Shown here one piece after another: positions 55,472 through 64,000 of a stretch of DNA of 64,000 bases (the stretch's first letter is position 1; each line of letters begins with the position of its first letter). Below the pieces are notes generated by a model that saw nothing but the letters and a program-made list of their open reading frames with translations, did no database searches and was not told the origin of the DNA. This DNA is from Kofleriaceae bacterium (GTDB lineage Bacteria > Myxococcota_A > Polyangia > Haliangiales > Haliangiaceae), in assembly GCA_035715365.1 (NCBI GenBank), contig DASTLB010000022.1, forward strand, positions 336,242 to 400,241, read 5' to 3'. The position numbers were made by a program, and so were the translations under genes.

Positions 55472-56431
55472 CTACGTGAGGATCGGTTCGGTCGGGGACG
55501 CCGTCACCGTCGCGCCGGCCCACACGACCGCGTTCGCGACCGACGCACGGACGTCGGCGCCGTCGCCGATCACGGCGTTCGGACCGACGGTGACGCCCGC
55601 GGCGATCCGCGCGCCGGCACCGATCTTGACCGGCGCGACGATCGTCGCGGTCGCCGCGATCCGCGCGGTCGGATCGACGCCGACGAGCTGACCGGGCGGG
55701 TGGCGCAGCCGCGTCCCGCCGAGCAGCGCGAGGTTCGAGGCGACGTAGCGCTCCGGCGTCGAGTGCTCGGCGAAATAGCCACCGATGTGCTCGTACGCGG
55801 CGACCCGCTCGCCGGCGCGCAGCCACGGCAGGTAGCCCTGGCGGATCGAGTCGCTCTCGCCGTCGGGCAGCCGGCGCATCACCGACGGCCGCGTCACGTG
55901 GACGCCGCAGAACATGTGCTCGCCGTCGCCGAGGATGTTGACGACGTGCGGGCCGCGCGCGTCGTGGCGGACGTCGACCGCGCCCCACGCGACCGCATCG
56001 GGCACGCGCTGCACGACCATCATGCCGAGGATCGGACCGCGCTGCTCCTCGGCGCGATACGCGGCGAGCAGCGCGGCGACGTCGAGATCGAAGATCAGCT
56101 TGCCGTTGTGCGAGACGAACGGCTCGTCGGTGCCGTCGGGATCGAGGAGCGCGAGCGCGTGCTTGAGCCCGCCTCCGGTGCCGAGCAACGTCGGCTCGTA
56201 CGTGTACTGGATGCGCGCGCCGAGGTGGCGGCCGTCGCCGATCTCGGTCGTGATCAGGTCGCGCTTGTGATGCGTGTTGATCACGATGTCGCGGATGCCG
56301 TGCGCGACGAGGTTCGCGATCCCGTACGCGACGATCGGGATGCCGCACACCGGCAGCAACGGCTTGGGTCGCTCGGCTCCGATCGCGCCGAGCCGGGTCG
56401 ACAGCCCGGCGCACAGCATCATCGCGCGCAT
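55472..56431 (-). CDS. Sugar-1-phosphate nucleotidyltransferase with a C-terminal left-handed beta-helix (GlmU/MurU/mannose-1-P guanylyltransferase-like)
   Basis: N-terminal MLCAGLSTRLG...KPLLPVCGIPIV (G-x-G-T-R-L signature). C-terminal hexapeptide repeats (VKIGAGARIAAGVTVGPNAVIGDGADV). Confidence 0.8.
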   Translation of the reverse strand: MRAMMLCAGLSTRLGAIGAERPKPLLPVCGIPIVAYGIANLVAHGIRDIVINTHHKRDLITTEIGDGRHLGARIQYTYEPTLLGTGGGLKHALALLDPDGTDEPFVSHNGKLIFDLDVAALLAAYRAEEQRGPILGMMVVQRVPDAVAWGAVDVRHDARGPHVVNILGDGEHMFCGVHVTRPSVMRRLPDGESDSIRQGYLPWLRAGERVAAYEHIGGYFAEHSTPERYVASNLALLGGTRLRHPPGQLVGVDPTARIAATATIVAPVKIGAGARIAAGVTVGPNAVIGDGADVRASVANAVVWAGATVTASPTEPILT

Positions 56432-56505
56432 GACGCCACCGTGGCACAGCTCGCGCGGTCGAGCGACAAACTCGCGCGCGCCGGCGGCGGTGCTAGCGTC
56501 GAGGC

Positions 56506-57386
56506 ATGCGCGTCGGCCCGATCGATCGCTCGCAGCTCGCCGCGGCCGAGCTCGTGCTCGCGGACGCCTGTGCGTTCGACCGCGCCACCGAGGTCGCCGA
56601 CGAGAAGCTGTTCGAGCCGGGCCCGACCGCGCCCGCGCTCGCGTTCGGCGCATGGGACGGCAACGAGCTCGTCGGGGTCGCGGCGGTGTCGGCTCGCTGG
56701 CTGCGCGTCCTCGCGGTCGTCCCGCGGTTCCGCCGGCGCGGCGCCGGCTCGACGCTGCTCGCGGCGTGCGAGGCGACCGCGCGCGATGCCGGCGAGACCC
56801 GGCTCCGCACGCTCGACCAGCCCGGCAACTACCTCGCGCCCGGCATCGACGAGCGCAACACGTACGCGATCGGCTGGCTCGAGCGCCGCGGCTGGCAGCG
56901 CCACGACGAGCGCCGCCACGACGTCCTGATCGACGTCCGCACGAACCCGCGCGTGTCCGCCGACCGCGCGGACGAGCTCGCGACCGCGGCCGCCGCGAAG
57001 GGCTACGAGATCCGGCGCGCGCGTGCCGACGAGCATCCGCTGCTCGACGCGGTCGCGGCCGAGTTCGGCGGCGCCTGGCCGTTCGAGCTCGCGCGCGCGC
57101 TCGGTCACGATCCGCCCGGCGTCCACGTCGCGGTGCGCGACGGCGCGTACTGCGCGTTCGCGGCGCACGACGGCAACAACCGCGGGCTCGGCTGGTTCGG
57201 CCCGACCGGCACGTGGCCGGCGCACCGCGGCCAGGGCCTCGGCGAGGCGCTGCTCGTCGCGTGTCTCGTCGACGTCGGCCGTGACCACCCGCGCTGCGAG
57301 GTCGCGTGGATCGGCCCGCGCCCGTTCTACGACAAGGTCGCCGGCATCGCCGAGGACCGCTACTTCGTGCTGCTGACGCGCGACCT

Positions 57387-57390
<4 letters not shown>
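56506..57390 (+). CDS. Tandem GNAT-family N-acetyltransferase (MshD-like two-domain architecture)
   Basis: Two acetyl-CoA motif-A-like segments, VVPRFRRRGAGSTLL and HRGQGLGEALL. Confidence 0.75.
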
Positions 57391-60353
<2,963 letters not shown>

Positions 60354-60465
60354 CCCGCGAGTTACTCACGCCGGACCCTGCCGTGCAACGTCGACCGTCG
60401 AGCCGCGGCGGTTTGCGCGAAGCGTGAACGCGCCTGCGCGAATGGACCCGAGAGGCCCGCAGACG

Positions 60466-61245
60466 CTACGCGACCGGCGGCGGGCCGTACGACAGCGTGA
60501 TCCAGCTCGACAGGTTCGTCGCCGACCACCCGACGCCGTACAGCCGCGGATAGATCACGCGCGGCTCGTCGCGCTCGACCGCGGCCAGGATCCGCCGCGC
60601 GAGCTCCTCGGGATCGCCGGTCGGCGCGAACCGACCGAGCAGCCCGCCACCGCCGTAGGCGTCGCGCGCGCCCTGCTCGAGCGCCGAGCGCACCGGCCCG
60701 GGATACACGGTCACGACCTGGACGCCGTGCGGCGCGAGATCGGCACGCGCGATCTCCGACGCCATCGCGAGCCCGGCCTTCGACGCGCCGTAGTACGCGC
60801 AGCCCTTGAGCGGCACCTTGCCGGCCATGCTCGCGACGTTGACGATCAGGCCGCGCCGGCGCTCGACCATCCCGCGCACGACGAGATCCTGCAGCCGCAG
60901 CGGCGCGAGCAGGTCGATCGCGACGAGGTCCTGCGCCTCCTGCCATTCCCACGTGTGCAGCTGCTGCACGCGCATCACGCCCGCACAGTTGACGAGACCG
61001 TCGAGCGCGCCGCCGGCTGCGACGACGGCTTCGACCAGCGACGGTAGCGTCTCGAGCGCGCGCAGATCGACCTCGTGGACGGTGACGTCCCCGCCGAGCT
61101 CGCTCGCGAGTTGCTCGATCGCCGGACGCTCGCGATCGAGCAGCGCGAGGCGCGCCGCCGGCCACGCGCGCCGCATCTGCCGCGCGAGCGCACCGCCGAT
61201 CGCGCCGGCCGCGCCGGTGATCAGCACGTGGTCGCGTGCGGTCAC
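60466..61245 (-). CDS. Short-chain dehydrogenase/reductase (SDR)
   Basis: VLITGAAGAIGGALA (TGxxxGxG), NCAG (NAG), and YYGASKAG (YxxxK). GTG start at 61245 overlaps the upstream TGA (GTGA). Confidence 0.8.
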   Translation of the reverse strand: MTARDHVLITGAAGAIGGALARQMRRAWPAARLALLDRERPAIEQLASELGGDVTVHEVDLRALETLPSLVEAVVAAGGALDGLVNCAGVMRVQQLHTWEWQEAQDLVAIDLLAPLRLQDLVVRGMVERRRGLIVNVASMAGKVPLKGCAYYGASKAGLAMASEIARADLAPHGVQVVTVYPGPVRSALEQGARDAYGGGGLLGRFAPTGDPEELARRILAAVERDEPRVIYPRLYGVGWSATNLSSWITLSYGPPPVA

Positions 61246-61781
61246 GAAAGCCTCGCGTCGAGCGCGAACCACAGCACGAGCGTCTTGTCGTCACCGCGCT
61301 TCCACATCGCGGGGCCGAGGAACAGCCCCGGCGAGATCTCGCGGATCTCGTCGTGGATCCGCCGGATGTAGCCGGGGTTGACGTCGAGGTCGTAGTCGAG
61401 CACGAGCGTCGGCTTGCCGTCGATCGCCGAGGCTCCGAAGCTCGTCTCGAACGGGAACAGGTTCTGGCGGCCGAATACGCCGGGCACGAACACGCGGTTG
61501 TGGCCGACGCCCCGTGTGTCGCTCGCCGCCTGGAACGTCTTGCCCTCCCACACGAACGAGCGCGACGCGGCGAATCGCTGGAGCGGCCCGCGCAGCGCTG
61601 CGGGCACGCCGCGGATCGCGAGCATGCGGCCGACGAGCTGGCCGTCCGCGGCGTGCATCGAGGACGAGACCGCGCCGGCGCGATACAGCGCGTCGAGCTC
61701 GTCGAGCGAGCGCTCCGCGAGCGTGTCGAGCGTGTGGACCGAGCGGGAAGTAGGCTGAGACTGGGCCTGCGTCGAGAGCAT
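61242..61781 (-). CDS. Hypothetical protein (about 179 aa) between the TetR regulator and SDR genes
   Basis: Start MLSTQAQSQP... The track ORF 61242-62072 has an R-rich junk N-terminus. No motif recognised. Confidence 0.4.
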   Translation of the reverse strand: MLSTQAQSQPTSRSVHTLDTLAERSLDELDALYRAGAVSSSMHAADGQLVGRMLAIRGVPAALRGPLQRFAASRSFVWEGKTFQAASDTRGVGHNRVFVPGVFGRQNLFPFETSFGASAIDGKPTLVLDYDLDVNPGYIRRIHDEIREISPGLFLGPAMWKRGDDKTLVLWFALDARLS

Positions 61782-61936
61782 GGTCGGGTTCCTTTCGTGG
61801 GCGGTAGCGAGCGTCGACGATCGGGCGGGGGTCGGCGCGGAGCGGGATCGGTTCTGACGGATGTCTTGCGGTCCGGAGTCCGGATGAGGTCGGAGGGGAT
61901 TCGGAGTGGATTCGAAGTGGCTGGTGGGAGGGCGGA

Positions 61937-62631
61937 CTAGCGAGAGCGGGCGCGCGGCAGGTCGGCGGAGATCATGCGCCAGCACGCGCGACCGGCCTCG
62001 GCGAGCCCCTTGTCGTCGAGCTGGAGGTAGCCGAGTCGGCTCGCCTTGATCACGCCGACGAACGCGCCCCACAGCAGCGCGATCAGGATCTCGACCGACG
62101 GTGACGGCGCACGCTCGCGCAGCTGCTTGCCGGCGACGAACAGCGGCGCGATCACGCTGAGCTCGAGCTGGCGGCTCTCGGCATCGAGGTACGCGACGTG
62201 ATCCTGCATCTCGAGGAACCGGAACGCCGCCGGCTCCGCGCGCGCGAACGCTCCGAGCCGCCGCCAGATCTCGTCGAACCAGCGCTGCGCGGAGTCGCCG
62301 TGGTAGCGATCCGGGCTCGCGACGCCATCGAGCAGCGCCGCGCGCAGCCGGAGCTTCGCGTCGCGATACACCTCGTTGACGAGCGCCTCCTTGTGCTCGA
62401 AGTACCGGTACAGCGTACCGGTGCCGACCTTCGCGGCCGCGGCGACTTCCGGAACCGACGTTCCGTGAAACCCGCGCTCCGCGAACATCTCGAGGGCCGC
62501 GTCGAGGATGATCCGGCGCTTGTCATCGACCAGCGGACGTCCCCGGCGGGCAGGCTTCGCCGTTCCGACCGGCGGCGACGAGCCACGCGCCGCCCGGGTC
62601 GCGCTCTTTGCCTTTCCGGACTGAACGTTCA
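61937..62631 (-). CDS. TetR/AcrR-family transcriptional regulator
   Basis: N-terminal HTH RIILDAALEMFAERGFHGTSVPEVAAAAKVGTGTLYRYFEHKEALV. Start MNVQSGK. The coordinate is +/-1 nt because the printed sequence and the track frame disagree near 62760. Confidence 0.75.
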
Positions 62632-62681
62632 TTCCGAAATATGTAGTGGACGGCGGGCCGGCTGTCAACCGCCGATCGAGA

Positions 62682-63440
62682 TCAGCGCGTGCGCAGCAGC
62701 AGCAGGTACTCGACGTTGCCGGCGGGTCCGGTGATCGGTGACTCGACGTGGTCGCCCGAGACAAAGCCGTTCGCCTCGGCCCAGGTCCGGATCTTGTGGA
62801 CGGCACCGAGCCGCGTCGCCTCGTCGCGCACGACGCCGCCCTTGCCGACCTGCTCGCGGCCGACCTCGAACTGCGGCTTGACGAGCACGACGATCGGCTT
62901 GCCGGCGGGTGGACGCAGCAGCTCGGCGACGCGCGGCAGCACGAGCGTCAGCGAGATGAACGACACATCGATCACCGCGAGGTCGCATGGCTCGGGCACG
63001 AGCGCGAGCTCGATGTTGCGCACGTTCTGACGCTCGAGGACGACGACGCGCGGATCCTGGCGCAGCGACCACGCGAGCTGGCCGTAGCCGACATCGATCG
63101 CGTACACGCGCGTCGCGCCGCGACGCAGCAGCACGTCGGTGAAGCCGCCGGTCGAGGCCCCGATGTCGAGCGCGACCTTGCCGGCAGGATCGATCGCGAA
63201 GCTGTCGAGGCCCTTCACGAGCTTGAGCGCGCCGCGCGAGACGTACGGATGATCTTCCTCGCGCAGCGCGAGCTCGACGGTCGGATCGAGCATCGTGCCC
63301 GGCTTGGTCTCGGGCTGACCGCGCACGAGCACGGCGCCGCTCATCACGAGCGCGTTCGCCCGCTCGCGGCTGGCGACGAGGCCGCGCTCGACGAGCAGCT
63401 TGTCGAGCCGCTGCTTCGCGCCGGGTTTGCCGCCTGCCAT
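62682..63440 (-). CDS. tlyA: TlyA-family rRNA 2'-O-methyltransferase (hemolysin-A-like; S4 + FtsJ fold)
   Basis: S4 domain RLDKLLVERGLVASRERANALVMSG. SAM motif ALDIGASTGGFTDVLLRRGATRVYAIDVG. Catalytic K in VLVKPQFE. Confidence 0.85.
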   Translation of the reverse strand: MAGGKPGAKQRLDKLLVERGLVASRERANALVMSGAVLVRGQPETKPGTMLDPTVELALREEDHPYVSRGALKLVKGLDSFAIDPAGKVALDIGASTGGFTDVLLRRGATRVYAIDVGYGQLAWSLRQDPRVVVLERQNVRNIELALVPEPCDLAVIDVSFISLTLVLPRVAELLRPPAGKPIVVLVKPQFEVGREQVGKGGVVRDEATRLGAVHKIRTWAEANGFVSGDHVESPITGPAGNVEYLLLLRTR

Positions 63441-63508
63441 CGCGCAAGCTTGGCGACTCGGCGCGATCGCATCAAGCGATCGCGTCGGCAACCGCGCGCC
63501 GCCGGCCG

Positions 63509-64000
63509 TCACGGCATCGTGCAGGCGCGCTGCAGCTCCGCGAGCGCGTCGGCGACCGGCGCCGACCACCGGCGCTCGCCGCTGCGAATCGCGAGCGAAC
63601 CGTCCGTCAGCTCGCGATCGCCGATCACGATCGCGAACGGGATGCCGTCCTGGTGGGCGCGCAGGATCCGCCTCGACAGCGTCGCGTCGTCGTCGAGCCG
63701 CGCGCGCATTCCAGCCGCGGCGAGCGCTTGCCGGACCTCGCGCGCGCGGTCGGCGTGCGCGGGGCCGACCGGCAGGACCGCGATCTGATCGGGCGCGAGC
63801 CACGCCGGCAGCGAGCCGCCGTGATGCTCGAGCAAGATGCCCAGGAAGCGCTCGATCGAGCCGAACAGCGCGCGATGCAGCATCACGACGTGGCGCGATT
63901 CGCCCGCGTCGCCGGTGTAGCGGACGTCGAACCGCTGCGGCATCACGAAGTCGAGCTGGATCGTGCCGCACTGCCACGCGCGGCCGCGGCGATCGCGCAG
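63509..64000 (-). CDS. thrS: Threonyl-tRNA synthetase, C-terminal part (5' end beyond the window)
   Basis: HRALFGSIERFLGILLEHHGGSLPAWLAPDQIAVLPV... is the class-II motif-3 / anticodon-binding-domain junction characteristic of ThrRS. Confidence 0.75.
   Translation of the reverse strand: MRDRRGRAWQCGTIQLDFVMPQRFDVRYTGDAGESRHVVMLHRALFGSIERFLGILLEHHGGSLPAWLAPDQIAVLPVGPAHADRAREVRQALAAAGMRARLDDDATLSRRILRAHQDGIPFAIVIGDRELTDGSLAIRSGERRWSAPVADALAELQRACTMP

Noticed and set aside
56432-56505. TGGCACA-N4-GCGCGG in the nucleotidyltransferase/GNAT divergent region as a sigma54 promoter
   Set aside because: Only the -24 TGGCAC half matches. The -12 region lacks TTGC, so it is too weak to call.
62629-62806. 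Possible frameshift/pseudogene in the TetR gene (printed sequence gives TALF..., track gives TALS... at about 62760)
   Set aside because: The one-nucleotide frame disagreement coincides with a 60-nt line boundary of the printed sequence. The track translation is a coherent full-length TetR with an intact HTH. This is most likely a read or transcription artefact on my side rather than a real frameshift, so the gene is called intact with +/-1 nt start uncertainty.

Overview
This 64 kb window is very GC-rich (about 70% or more). Its gene content — eukaryote-like Ser/Thr kinases, a PP2C phosphatase, TPR-rich proteins, AgmX/PglI-type motility proteins, a J-domain protein, and a lipoprotein with a Myxococcus-type Cys-rich C-terminus — points to a myxobacterial (Myxococcota) chromosome. 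This placement is an inference from gene content, not from a search.

The left quarter (1-14.7 kb) is a glycan biosynthesis and modification locus. An 11-gene minus-strand operon runs from a Wzy-like polymerase, through APS kinase, a GT4 glycosyltransferase, a capsule-synthesis-like transferase, a GAPDH-like enzyme, a HAD phosphatase, a CMP-sugar-type cytidylyltransferase, an FAH-family enzyme, a 2-hydroxyacid dehydrogenase and a sulfotransferase, to a small membrane protein. Almost every junction is an ATGA or GTGA start/stop overlap. It is flanked by a convergent block (methyltransferase, second sulfotransferase family, GMC and Gfo/Idh oxidoreductases) and by a truncated paralogous sulfotransferase at the window edge. 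Three sulfotransferases plus a PAPS-forming kinase make this the most interesting candidate: a sulfated polysaccharide or glycoconjugate system with an unusual sugar-acid activation module.

The middle of the window holds a 1,100-aa lipoprotein built from about 14 novel 50-residue repeats. It also holds a pglF/pglE-like amino-sugar pair, a thrombospondin-type-3/LamG lipoprotein, a Ser/Thr kinase with a TPR tail, and a beta-helix (pectate-lyase-like) lipoprotein. A seven-gene Glt/Nfs-type gliding-motility-like cluster follows: a TPR protein, an AgmU/GltD-sized TPR protein, a TPR lipoprotein, a small secreted protein, and two FHA/TM/TonB-C-like proteins.

The right third contains housekeeping genes: obg, rplU-rpmA, gatCAB, a MetRS-like gene and the thrS 3' end. 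These are interleaved with an ABC transporter, a second Ser/Thr kinase, a GntR regulator with palindromic operators, a DUF/J-domain/TPR protein, PP2C, several small lipoproteins, an M16 peptidase, GNAT, SDR, TetR and TlyA.

Many long R-rich ORFs in the six-frame track are antisense or frame artefacts of GC-rich DNA and were not called. The track treats GTG/TTG as Met; the start codons given here were checked against the sequence.
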